From assembly GCA_963812605.1 (NCBI GenBank), contig CAWEWF010000002.1:1-64000 (forward strand): DNA of 64,000 nucleotides, read 5' to 3'. Shown piece after piece: positions 1 to 8,506 of the stretch. Within the stretch, counting starts at the first letter, position 1, and the number at the start of each line of letters is the position of its first letter. This DNA comes from an uncultured Verrucomicrobiae bacterium. Its GTDB lineage: Bacteria > Verrucomicrobiota > Verrucomicrobiia > Palsa-1439. Both the position numbers and the translations under genes were made by a program. Under the pieces are notes generated by a model. That model made no database searches. It was not told where the DNA came from and saw nothing but the letters and a program-made list of their open reading frames with translations.

Positions 1-833
1 TCGACGCGGTCGAGAAGGACTGTGAAATCGTTCTTCAGAGACAGGTCATTGCGTCCGCCGTTGGGTGTCCCGGTCACGGCGAAGTACGCGGGCGCTTGGC
101 CCCTCGGCGGGATCGTGCCGCTCGCGTCGCTGATCGATTGCGCATACGTGCGTTCACCGACGCGGAGCGAAAAGCCGTCGGGCCAGTATTGAATTGGCTG
201 GTTGGTTTTGTTGCGCAGCAGAATCCGGAAAATTAGCGTGTCCTCGGGGTTGAACCGGAACACCTCGTCGAGTTGGACCTCGTAATCCTTGTAGTCCAGG
301 ACTCGCGGCTTGGTGCGGAAGTTCATGTATTCGACCTGGGCAACCGCGTCCGCGTGATACTGTTTAAGAAGCGGGTAGGCTTTGGCCTTGTCCAACAGCG
401 CCAGCAGCCGGCTCGGTGTGACGCGGGCTGAGGCGGGGCGAATGTCGGCGTCGGTGTCATCCTCAAAAATCACGGAGTAGAGCGGCGGGGAACTCTCGAT
501 CAATTCGATCACGTAGGTTTTCTTGTTCCACCGAATGTTCATGTTGGTCGTCGCTTTCTCGACCAATGCCCTCACGGACAGGAAGTAGGAGCCTTTCGTG
601 TGGGCGATTTGAAACAGTCCGGGGATTTTGGGGTCGCTGGTGACGTTTGCGGCATCAATCGCCGAGATCGGGCCGGGGAAGCTGATGGTTGTCACGCGGC
701 TGCAGGATACCGGGATTGCGTACACGGTGCGTTCGTCCAAGCGGTATTCCGCGATGGTGTTGGCGGCTTTTGCGGAGCTTGACTGAAGGCCGAGCAAGAG
801 CAGCACGAGGATGTGTTTAAGGAGATGTTTCAT
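1..833 (-). CDS. Secreted T4SS core component, VirB9/TraK-like; truncated by the window edge
   Basis: Read by hand from ATG at 833: MKHLLKHILVLLLLGLQSSSAKAANTIAEYRLDERTVYAIPVSCSRVTTISFPGPI... It has a signal peptide, stays open to position 1 and follows the virB8-like gene. Not in the ORF track. Confidence 0.6.
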   Translation of the reverse strand, partial: MKHLLKHILVLLLLGLQSSSAKAANTIAEYRLDERTVYAIPVSCSRVTTISFPGPISAIDAANVTSDPKIPGLFQIAHTKGSYFLSVRALVEKATTNMNIRWNKKTYVIELIESSPPLYSVIFEDDTDADIRPASARVTPSRLLALLDKAKAYPLLKQYHADAVAQVEYMNFRTKPRVLDYKDYEVQLDEVFRFNPEDTLIFRILLRNKTNQPIQYWPDGFSLRVGERTYAQSISDASGTIPPRGQAPAYFAVTGTPNGGRNDLSLKNDFTVLLDRV

Positions 834-1484
834 ATTTGAAATCGTACACGGCAGTCGGGAATCGTCCGTTCTGGACCATGTTGGGGTTGCGCTGGAACTT
901 GAAGGCGAGCGTGAATGGGACAGCTTCGGCGAAGGCTCTGTCCTGGAAAATCCCGGTGCGAACGAGTTGCCCGGTCACCTGGGTCAAGACGAAGTTCTCG
1001 CGGGTTTGGAGAATCGTGATCCTGGCAATCTCGGCCTTCTGATGCAATTGCTTCGCGGCGAACTCCGGCTCTTCCAAAGTCCGTAAGGTTTGAGCCTTGA
1101 CCAGGGCATTCTTTAAGAACATCTGCTTCAGCAGGTCATCGTGGTCGAAGCCTTTGGGGTTGCGCTCCAGGAAGGCGATGGTAGCCAGCGTACTTTGCTC
1201 GGCGTGGAGGTCTTTGGCCTCCTCGAACTTCAGCAGCGGCGCGAGGTGGAATGTACCGGATGGATCAAGAATAACCACGTGCTCGCGCTGCTTGAACGTC
1301 TGCACCAGAACAAAGCGGTCAATTGCCGCTCCCACAAGAATCAGTCCGGCTACGATGAACCAGAACCACGCGAGCCGTCCCGGTCGACGAAGATGCGCGT
1401 CGGGTCGAAATTCTTGCGAGAGAGATTGGGGCGCTCGGTTTTCGGCACCGGAGTTTCTCGGAGCGTTGTCTCGATTGTATTCAT
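817..1484 (-). CDS. VirB8/TrbF-like bitopic T4SS protein (apparent frameshift near 1378)
   Basis: One TM segment (WFWFIVAGLILVGAAI) followed by a periplasmic domain. The probable true start is ATG 1484, which overlaps the virB6 stop (ATGA) and reads MNTIETTLRETPVPK...IFVDRD before shifting frame. Confidence 0.6.
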
Positions 1485-2626
1485 GTTGATGGGGTGTGCG
1501 GATTCTTGGTTTTGCGCAGCAACGCTTGCACAGCATTGTCGCCGCTCATGTCCATCGTGGATGGCGTTTGGGTTGTTTTGGTCGTGTCGTCACTTTCTCG
1601 CTTCCTCGCTCCCGCACCTGCGTTGTGCATCTGCCCCAAGGCCGTAATCATCGAGCCTGTCGGCGAGTACGTGCTACCACCGATTGACGAACCAACCAGC
1701 GTGGCCCCGGCTGCCGTGACACCACCGGCGGCGGCCATCGCAGCCCCGGTAATCCCGCCGCCGGTTCCGAACGTTCCGGCTGCGATGAATCCGCCTGCGG
1801 CGGCGGTGGTTGCGGCGGTGGTCACGCCACTGATGAGAGCTGCGCCAGCCTGAACGCCGTGAGTGATGGCGCGTTGAATGATGAGGGGCGCGGCGATGGT
1901 GCTGAAGATCAGCCACACGCCGAGCGCCGCGACCCCAATGAAATTCTGAAACGCATACCCGGCCGCCCCGCCGATTGACTGATTCCAAAGAAAACTCTGG
2001 TCGGTCATGAAAGTGATCAACCCTCCCGTGACCAGCGATGCCGCGCCCCAGCCGAGCGGCCAGAGCATGACGCCAACGAGCGCGAGCAGGTAGTTCGTAC
2101 CGACTTGGTTTAGGGCGCGGATCGCCAGAAAGCCGATGAAGATGGGCGAGAGAGCATAGCCCAGGTAGAGGATGAACTTCTGGGTCAGGTACGCATAAAA
2201 AACGATGACACTGGCCAGCAAGCCGAAGATCCAGAGCAGGCCGGAGATGAGGGCCTCAAAGAAGGAAGTGGCCACGTTAAACAGCTTTTCCCACCAACTG
2301 CTTTGTGACGTGGTGGATTGCTGGGCCTGCAACGCTTGGTTGTACTGCTGGTACACATTACTGGGATCGGCGTGAAGCACATTTGTAACCGTGCTATCGG
2401 TGAGGGTGGCAATCTGATTGCCCCAATTCACCAACTGCGTGAGGACGATGATGTAAACGATGGTCCGGCCAAACGCTCGCAGGACGGCCCCGGCGCTGCG
2501 GCGACCCGCTATCGTGGACAACATCATGCCGGTGACGAGGAGAAGATACGCCACCGGCATCAGTACCGACTTCAAGGCGGCGCAACTCGCACCAAAATTC
2601 GGAAACATTGTGTCGAAGTTGTTCAT
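1481..2626 (-). CDS. VirB6/TrbL-like polytopic membrane protein
   Basis: Multiple TM segments, an Ala/Gly-rich C-terminal tail, and position after the virB5-like gene. Confidence 0.8.
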   Translation of the reverse strand: MNNFDTMFPNFGASCAALKSVLMPVAYLLLVTGMMLSTIAGRRSAGAVLRAFGRTIVYIIVLTQLVNWGNQIATLTDSTVTNVLHADPSNVYQQYNQALQAQQSTTSQSSWWEKLFNVATSFFEALISGLLWIFGLLASVIVFYAYLTQKFILYLGYALSPIFIGFLAIRALNQVGTNYLLALVGVMLWPLGWGAASLVTGGLITFMTDQSFLWNQSIGGAAGYAFQNFIGVAALGVWLIFSTIAAPLIIQRAITHGVQAGAALISGVTTAATTAAAGGFIAAGTFGTGGGITGAAMAAAGGVTAAGATLVGSSIGGSTYSPTGSMITALGQMHNAGAGARKRESDDTTKTTQTPSTMDMSGDNAVQALLRKTKNPHTPST

Positions 2627-2636
2627 GGAACTACCG

Positions 2637-2801
2637 TTAGGGGAAGTGCGGCGGTGTTGTGTCGAGATTCAGTGTCCTGTTGGTTTGGGTGGCTGGAGAT
2701 GTTGGCCGCCTTTGATTTGTCCGCCCCGCGTTGAGCGCAGCGACAATCACCGTGAGAATTACGAAGGCGACAACGAAAGTGACCATCAGTTTCCTGGTCA
2801 T
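2637..2801 (-). CDS. 54-aa single-TM protein at the entry-exclusion (TrbK/Eex) position
   Basis: ATG 2801 overlaps the virB5 stop. Sequence MTRKLMVTFVVAFVILTVIVAALNAGRTNQRRPTSPATQTNRTLNLDTTPPHFP*; below the ORF-track cutoff. Confidence 0.5.
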   Translation of the reverse strand: MTRKLMVTFVVAFVILTVIVAALNAGRTNQRRPTSPATQTNRTLNLDTTPPHFP

Positions 2802-3607
2802 TGATTGGTCTCCGGAAACTGCGCCGGTTCGGAACTGAGTTTGACCGTGTTGTTGTACTTCTGGATACCCTCCGAAAACTCGGCCTGTTGCTCCTCGACA
2901 CGCGCCTGTTGCTGCTTGGCCTGGTCGTTCTGGTTCTCGGTGTTCTGGACGATGCTTACGCTGGCGGCATGGTCGAGTTCCTTGTCCGTGGCGGAGAGTT
3001 CAGCATTCAGTCCAATCAGGACGCCCGTGAGCTTTTGCACCTCCGACGCGGTGGTGGCCGCCCGTAGTTGTTCGGTCGTGGTGGCAATGTCTTGCCGGAG
3101 CGAGTCGCGGCGGGACACCACGTCTGCATACACATTACTGAAGTTCCTGGTCGTCTCGTTGATGGCGGCGAATTGACGGTAGAGGTTGACGGCTCTCGAC
3201 ACGGCATTGCCGTCCGGCGTGGTGAACGTCGTTCCCACGTTGTGATAGAGGCCATTTGCATCGTATTGCAGGGCGTCGACGCCTTGGGCGAGATTTTCGA
3301 GCTGGCCAACGGCCTGACCGATGCCGGTGTCTTGGAGGTCGGAAATCAGGCCCGTGAAGCCAGCCAGGTTGAGGATTTGAGACGGATTGCCAAAGGCCCG
3401 GTTGTACTGTTGAAGCTGTTGCAACTGCGAGGTCAGCGTGTTGATCTGCTGAACCTGGTTGTCGATCATCTGCACGTATTTGGCAATGTTCTGGGCTTCA
3501 TTTATGATGCTTTGCGTGTGCAACGCCGGGTCGTACACGATCCACTGGGCGTTTGCGGATGCGACGCACAGCAAGCTGGCGGCGATAACGATGAGCATGC
3601 GGTTCAT
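2798..3607 (-). CDS. VirB5/TrbJ-like (DUF4141-type) minor pilin
   Basis: Signal peptide, then AQWIVYDP motif and a Gln-rich coiled coil. Confidence 0.8.
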   Translation of the reverse strand: MNRMLIVIAASLLCVASANAQWIVYDPALHTQSIINEAQNIAKYVQMIDNQVQQINTLTSQLQQLQQYNRAFGNPSQILNLAGFTGLISDLQDTGIGQAVGQLENLAQGVDALQYDANGLYHNVGTTFTTPDGNAVSRAVNLYRQFAAINETTRNFSNVYADVVSRRDSLRQDIATTTEQLRAATTASEVQKLTGVLIGLNAELSATDKELDHAASVSIVQNTENQNDQAKQQQARVEEQQAEFSEGIQKYNNTVKLSSEPAQFPETNQ

Positions 3608-3610
3608 GGC

Positions 3611-4024
3611 TTATTCCTCGATTCGTAGGAGTTTGGTTGTTGGGTTTAGAATTGTTCCGTCGATGGTTTGTTCGGGGACCGGGATCTCGTAGTAGCGGAC
3701 GTTTTCTTGGTTCTGTTCGGCTTTCTCCTTTTGTTGGTTGACCAGTATCCAGTACTGCTGTTTCACGGCGTCACTGCGCCCTTTCTCGTAGCCGGAGGTG
3801 TACGCGTTCCCGGCCTGCTTCTGGCTGGCGTAGTGCAGCCCTTCACTGACGAGGACGCCGCCGGCGGCACCGGCCGCGGTGATGGCCAGGTTGCCGTGAG
3901 ACAATTCACTCCCAAGTGCCGCGCCGCCGGCGCCCATCGCGAGATCGCTGATGGGGCGGGATGCGGCACAGCCTGTCAACAGAAGTGGAACAAGTGCTAG
4001 AGCGACGAGATGGTGTGTTTTCAT
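3611..4024 (-). CDS. T4SS-associated lipoprotein
   Basis: Lipobox LLTGC and glycine-zipper-like segments; lies inside the operon. Confidence 0.7.
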   Translation of the reverse strand: MKTHHLVALALVPLLLTGCAASRPISDLAMGAGGAALGSELSHGNLAITAAGAAGGVLVSEGLHYASQKQAGNAYTSGYEKGRSDAVKQQYWILVNQQKEKAEQNQENVRYYEIPVPEQTIDGTILNPTTKLLRIEE

Positions 4025-6750
4025 ACGGGTTCAGCTACCGGGGTTGGGTTGGCGTGGCGGATGATGCCCTCGATGATGTTGGCGCTGCCGCGCAGTTCCT
4101 TGGCCCGCTTTTCGAAGTGTTCGCCGCTGGAACTGCTGCAATACAGCATCTCGGGTGAAGTGACGTTGTGAACCGTCCCGCAAATCGGTCGGAGCGAGTC
4201 GATTTGCAGATACGTGAACGCGGCATACTTCTGCCCGACCTGGTGGTCTGGGAGCGGATAGTTCATGAGGGTGTGCTTGGTGATTTCGGGGATGGCGATG
4301 TCCTGGCCGATGTCGTCAATGTCAGCGCGGTCATTCTGCCGCATCAGGAAGAATTGCCGGCTGTTGCCGAACACCGCCGACCGGATGCGGCTCTGCTTGA
4401 AGCGGGCGTACTGCTGCACGATCGAGATATTCCAGCAGTTGAACTTGCGAAGCTGCGCGTAGCTTTCCTTGACGATCTCCTCGCCGCCGGGGATGTCGAG
4501 GAAGCGGGCGACTTCCTCGTACACGTTCCGTTTCCGCAACGCGCGGGGTAAAGTAATGATGTGTTTGCGCGCATCGTTGGTGATGAGGAAGCCGGCAGCG
4601 GCACGCAGTTCCTTCGCCGAGTCCGGAATGTAGCCCAACTCGAAGTGAGCAATCTTGCCGGTCAGCGACAAGTTGGTGACGCCATCGAAGAGCGCCCCGT
4701 AGTTGCCGTCGCGACACCACGGCAAGAGTAGCGTGGCAATCTCGTGGATTTGATCACGCTCGGCCCCGGACGCGTCGAGGAACATCAATTCCTGCAACAT
4801 CCGGTGCGTCGGAAATTCTTCCGATGTAAAATAGGCGAACGCGAGATTGCGCACCTCTTTGCTCGTGCTAGGGTCTTTGAGAAATTTGAGAACTTCACCC
4901 TCGTCGAACTGGTCGAGGTAAGCGCGAGCTTCGTCCTCGTGCTTCGCTCGCCAGTCGCGTAAGTCCGCAAACGCTTCCAACGTCGTTGCGCCGGGCGGCA
5001 TCTTGTCATGCCGGTAGTGGCTCAAGGCGTAGGCATGCCGGGCAATGGCAAGCAGTTGCTCGGAACGTTTACGCGACCAGTCCTGGAAAACATCCTCATA
5101 GAGCAGACTGATATACTTGGCGATTTGCGCCTGCCGGAGCATCTGTTTGTCTTCGTGCTGACTGAGGCCAACCATGCGTGCGACCAGCGCCGTCGCAGAC
5201 GCGAGATGATCGGGAGTTAGCGGGAGACTTTTCGTGTCGAGGTAATTGATGGTGATGTTGCCATCCGGCTGGATGATGATGGGCTTGGCATCGGGATCGA
5301 CGGTTTGGACGTAGATGCCGTAGGACAGCCCTTCCTCGATGATGACCGTGTAGGCGAAGTAGCCTTCCGTTTGTGTCAACAGATCGCAGACGGTGACGGA
5401 CTTGCCGGCGCCACTCATGCCCAGCAACACGGCGTGCTGCGGCGAGACGTTCGACGCCTGCCCTGCGAACGTCTTGATGCCGACCAGATTGCTTGCCGAG
5501 CCTTCGTAGATCGCTTCGGCAGTATCCAAGTGACCGGTGAAGGTGGCGCAGAATGGGAGCAGGTCCGCGATGTACCGGCTCTCACCGTAAAGTTTGCGGT
5601 GCTCGTAGCGTCCCCATGTCCAGCCGGGCCACGTCTCGTAGAACAGCAGGCGCGACGTGCTTGGCAGCGCGCTTTCGACATACTGCGCGCTGTTCATGCT
5701 GTTGATGGCGTTCTTGATCGCGCTGGTCTTGACGGACAATCCGTCCTTGGTCTTGTCCCAAGTCCGCACGATGAATTGCGCATGAAACGGAAGTGTGTCG
5801 CCTCGGGCGAGCGCGGCGATTTTCCGCTGTTTCTTTTCCAGCACGGTCAGGAGTGACACTTTCTTTTCGCTGGCGTAGTCACCGGCGATCCGGTCGTGCT
5901 CCTTTTCTTCCTTGAGGATTTCCTGCCGAACGGGCAGCGGGTCGACATTGACCGTGATCGTGTAGTCGAGGAGCCGGAGATTGGTCAACCGGCGAACCAG
6001 ACCGGGATGGGTCATTTTCGGCCAGCGAGTGAGGGCAATGATGGAGTGGTAGTAGCCGTCCATCCAGAAACCGTAGTCGGGTTGGCCGTTGGCCTCGCAG
6101 TGCCAGCAGTTCTCCTGGATGGACAACTCCGGGTCGAATGCGTCGAAAATGTCGTAATCGAATCGCTCGGCCAGAGACGGATTCAGGAACATCTTGTAGT
6201 GCCGGTAATGGTCGGCATCGGTCATCGGAATGATGCGGGCGCCCTGGCCGGAGAAAATGCTGGCCAGCATCTCGTGGACTTGGGCGAATTCAGCCTGCAT
6301 CTGCTCAAGCGTCATCTCGTAGAACGCCGCCAGCGCCTTGGCGGTGCTGGTGGCCTTCGGCGAGGTGTCTATCTTGCGCGAGATGTAGAGGACGAGACGC
6401 TGACGGCGGAGATTACGGTCCGCCATCGCCTGCCAGTAACGCATGAACCGCTCATTCCGGCAGCGTTTCGTCCAGACGTTCTGCATCTTCTCGGTTTCCT
6501 GTTGGTAACGAAGCAGCGGGGCGCGATAGTCCGAGTCGCAATAAAATTGCACCTGTAGCCGGCGCGCGTCACCGAGTGAGGCCAGGAGGAGGGTGATTTG
6601 GTCTTGGAACTCGTTCAGGTCGGAGACCTGGGCGTTGTCGAGGTCGGGTGGTTCGAAGATGAATCCTTTGGAAACGAAGCAGCCCTGGCGCAGACCGTTG
6701 AAGACGAGCAGGTCGCGGATGAAATAGCCGTGTGGGGCGTTATCGAACAT
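4021..6750 (-). CDS. virB4: VirB4-family conjugation ATPase
   Basis: About 910 aa from MFDNAPHGY, with Walker A GMSGAGKS and a C-terminal YEEV...QLRKFN...IVQQ motif. Confidence 0.9.
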   Translation of the reverse strand: MFDNAPHGYFIRDLLVFNGLRQGCFVSKGFIFEPPDLDNAQVSDLNEFQDQITLLLASLGDARRLQVQFYCDSDYRAPLLRYQQETEKMQNVWTKRCRNERFMRYWQAMADRNLRRQRLVLYISRKIDTSPKATSTAKALAAFYEMTLEQMQAEFAQVHEMLASIFSGQGARIIPMTDADHYRHYKMFLNPSLAERFDYDIFDAFDPELSIQENCWHCEANGQPDYGFWMDGYYHSIIALTRWPKMTHPGLVRRLTNLRLLDYTITVNVDPLPVRQEILKEEKEHDRIAGDYASEKKVSLLTVLEKKQRKIAALARGDTLPFHAQFIVRTWDKTKDGLSVKTSAIKNAINSMNSAQYVESALPSTSRLLFYETWPGWTWGRYEHRKLYGESRYIADLLPFCATFTGHLDTAEAIYEGSASNLVGIKTFAGQASNVSPQHAVLLGMSGAGKSVTVCDLLTQTEGYFAYTVIIEEGLSYGIYVQTVDPDAKPIIIQPDGNITINYLDTKSLPLTPDHLASATALVARMVGLSQHEDKQMLRQAQIAKYISLLYEDVFQDWSRKRSEQLLAIARHAYALSHYRHDKMPPGATTLEAFADLRDWRAKHEDEARAYLDQFDEGEVLKFLKDPSTSKEVRNLAFAYFTSEEFPTHRMLQELMFLDASGAERDQIHEIATLLLPWCRDGNYGALFDGVTNLSLTGKIAHFELGYIPDSAKELRAAAGFLITNDARKHIITLPRALRKRNVYEEVARFLDIPGGEEIVKESYAQLRKFNCWNISIVQQYARFKQSRIRSAVFGNSRQFFLMRQNDRADIDDIGQDIAIPEITKHTLMNYPLPDHQVGQKYAAFTYLQIDSLRPICGTVHNVTSPEMLYCSSSSGEHFEKRAKELRGSANIIEGIIRHANPTPVAEPV

Positions 6751-7087
6751 GGTGACCCTTTTGCGGATACCCGGGCTGGCGGCATAAATCAGGGCCGAAG
6801 CCAGAACCCTTGATCCATAAATCCAAACAATCCGTGTCGTAGCCCGGCGGTTTTCCATTTCGGAAGCCATACACGTACAGGAGCGTGAGCAGTAACGGAA
6901 TCGCCGCGATTACCAAGGAACCCAGAAATGACACCTTCGCGACGCTGAACGTAATCAACAGCGTCATCACGGATGCGAAGCAGCCGCCGGTCATGTACCA
7001 GAACAGATTGCCCTCCAGCCCCCATGTCCGGCCTTTGGAGTCGTCGGCGCTGTTGGTCTCGGTAAGTCGCAGCATTTGATTGCTCAT
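6740..7087 (-). CDS. VirB3-like membrane protein
   Basis: 115 aa with two TM segments and a GKPPGY motif; between the pilin and virB4. Confidence 0.75.
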   Translation of the reverse strand: MSNQMLRLTETNSADDSKGRTWGLEGNLFWYMTGGCFASVMTLLITFSVAKVSFLGSLVIAAIPLLLTLLYVYGFRNGKPPGYDTDCLDLWIKGSGFGPDLCRQPGYPQKGHHVR

Positions 7088-7386
7088 TGGAACGTGCCCA
7101 CGTCAACGGTGGAGGTGCCGATGCCGAACGCGACGAAGAGTGCTTTCACGATCACAGGCGCACCGGCGATGATGAGGCCGCCGACGATGGAGAGTTTCCC
7201 GGAATCGGTGTCGCCACGGCGGATCGCAAACCCGCCGCTAATGACACAAATCGTCCCGAAGAGGAACCCGATGAGCATCACGATGCCCAACGCGCTGCTG
7301 GTGCCTTGCGTTAGGGTCGTTCCGCCGCCGGCCTGAGCAAGGATCGGAGCGAACCGCAGTGTTGCTGTAACGAATATTGTTTTCAT
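7084..7386 (-). CDS. VirB2/TrbC-like pilin
   Basis: 100 aa, signal peptide plus two hydrophobic helices; first gene of the operon. Confidence 0.75.
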   Translation of the reverse strand: MKTIFVTATLRFAPILAQAGGGTTLTQGTSSALGIVMLIGFLFGTICVISGGFAIRRGDTDSGKLSIVGGLIIAGAPVIVKALFVAFGIGTSTVDVGTFQ

Positions 7387-7394
7387 GTGCCTGG

Positions 7395-7440
7395 GTTATA
7401 CTGCGATTAGCTGCGGTAGTTGTTCCCGTTTGGGAACAAC
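7395..7440 (-). promoter_or_regulatory. Palindromic operator plus -10 box for the T4SS operon (copy 1)
   Basis: GTTGTTCCC-GTTT-GGGAACAAC at 7419-7440. On the minus strand, 19 nt later comes TATAAC (7400-7395), then 8 nt to the pilin ATG. Confidence 0.75.
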
Positions 7441-7472
7441 TTTTGATGGGGTAGTCTGCAAGATATGAGTTG

Positions 7473-8396
7473 ATGAAAACGACCATCCCTCCGGCAAAAT
7501 CCAATGAAAAACTGCACGAACTGGAATTACACCTGCGGCAGCGGATTCGCGGCCAAGATCACGTGTTGCCGCGTATCGTGTCGCTACTTCAGCGTGGTGA
7601 ACTCGGCTTGACGAAACTCGGTCGCCCTCGTGGTAGTTTCCTGTTTCTTGGCCCAACCGGCGTGGGCAAGACGGAAGTCACACTGGCCTTCACCAGTTTT
7701 CTGATGAGCAAGGACCATGTGTTCCGCTTCGACATGTCCGAATACCAGACCCAGGAGAGTTTGGGGCTGTTGCTGGGCGGCAAGCTCGGTGAGCGCGGAA
7801 CGCTTGGGATGGTTTATGACCGGTCAAGAGTCGGCACGTTGCTTTTTGACGAAATCGAAAAGGGGCATCCCCGCGTTCTGGATGTCTTTCTGCAAATCCT
7901 GGACGCAGCGCGTGTGACAATGGCCAGTGGCGAGACACTTGAATTGAGCGGGTTCTACGTCGTGTTTACATCTAACATTGGCAGCGCCGACTTGATGAAC
8001 CTGCAATACTCAACGCCAGCCACGATGGAGCGGCACGTTCTGACACGCGCACAACAATCGATGCGCCCTGAATTGTATGCGCGCATCACCGAGAAGCTGG
8101 TGTTCAACCGACTCAGTTACGACCACCAATTGGAGATCGCGCAGCTTCTGTTAACCCAGGAGTTAGCATTCCTGAAGTACAAGGGCCATGAACTCAAACC
8201 GGATGCCGCGGTTCTCCCCTTCCTCGTCCGTCGAGGTTTTCATCCTAAACTGGGCGCTCGTCCGATGCGTGATGCCGTCGAAAAACTTATCGGCGATGCA
8301 GTGGCGATTGATCTGCTGACCGGCGGTTCTGGCTGCGGAAAGCTTGTCGTAGATGAGGCAGCGAATTGCCTGGCAATCGGATATTCGAGCGATTAA
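7473..8396 (+). CDS. Stand-alone ClpB/ClpA D2-type AAA+ ATPase
   Basis: Motifs IRGQDH, GPTGVGKT, FDMSEY, LLFDEIEK, TSNIG and GARPMR. No N-domain or D1 ring. Confidence 0.85.
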   Translation: MKTTIPPAKSNEKLHELELHLRQRIRGQDHVLPRIVSLLQRGELGLTKLGRPRGSFLFLGPTGVGKTEVTLAFTSFLMSKDHVFRFDMSEYQTQESLGLLLGGKLGERGTLGMVYDRSRVGTLLFDEIEKGHPRVLDVFLQILDAARVTMASGETLELSGFYVVFTSNIGSADLMNLQYSTPATMERHVLTRAQQSMRPELYARITEKLVFNRLSYDHQLEIAQLLLTQELAFLKYKGHELKPDAAVLPFLVRRGFHPKLGARPMRDAVEKLIGDAVAIDLLTGGSGCGKLVVDEAANCLAIGYSSD

Positions 8397-8506
8397 GCGG
8401 AGGCGACGGTGAGTCGTTTGGAAATGTTCGAGGTTCTTCGTTGCGCTTATTAGTGCTGGCAAACCGCGCCCCTTTTAGGAAACGTCAAAACCGACGCGCA
8501 CGGCGG

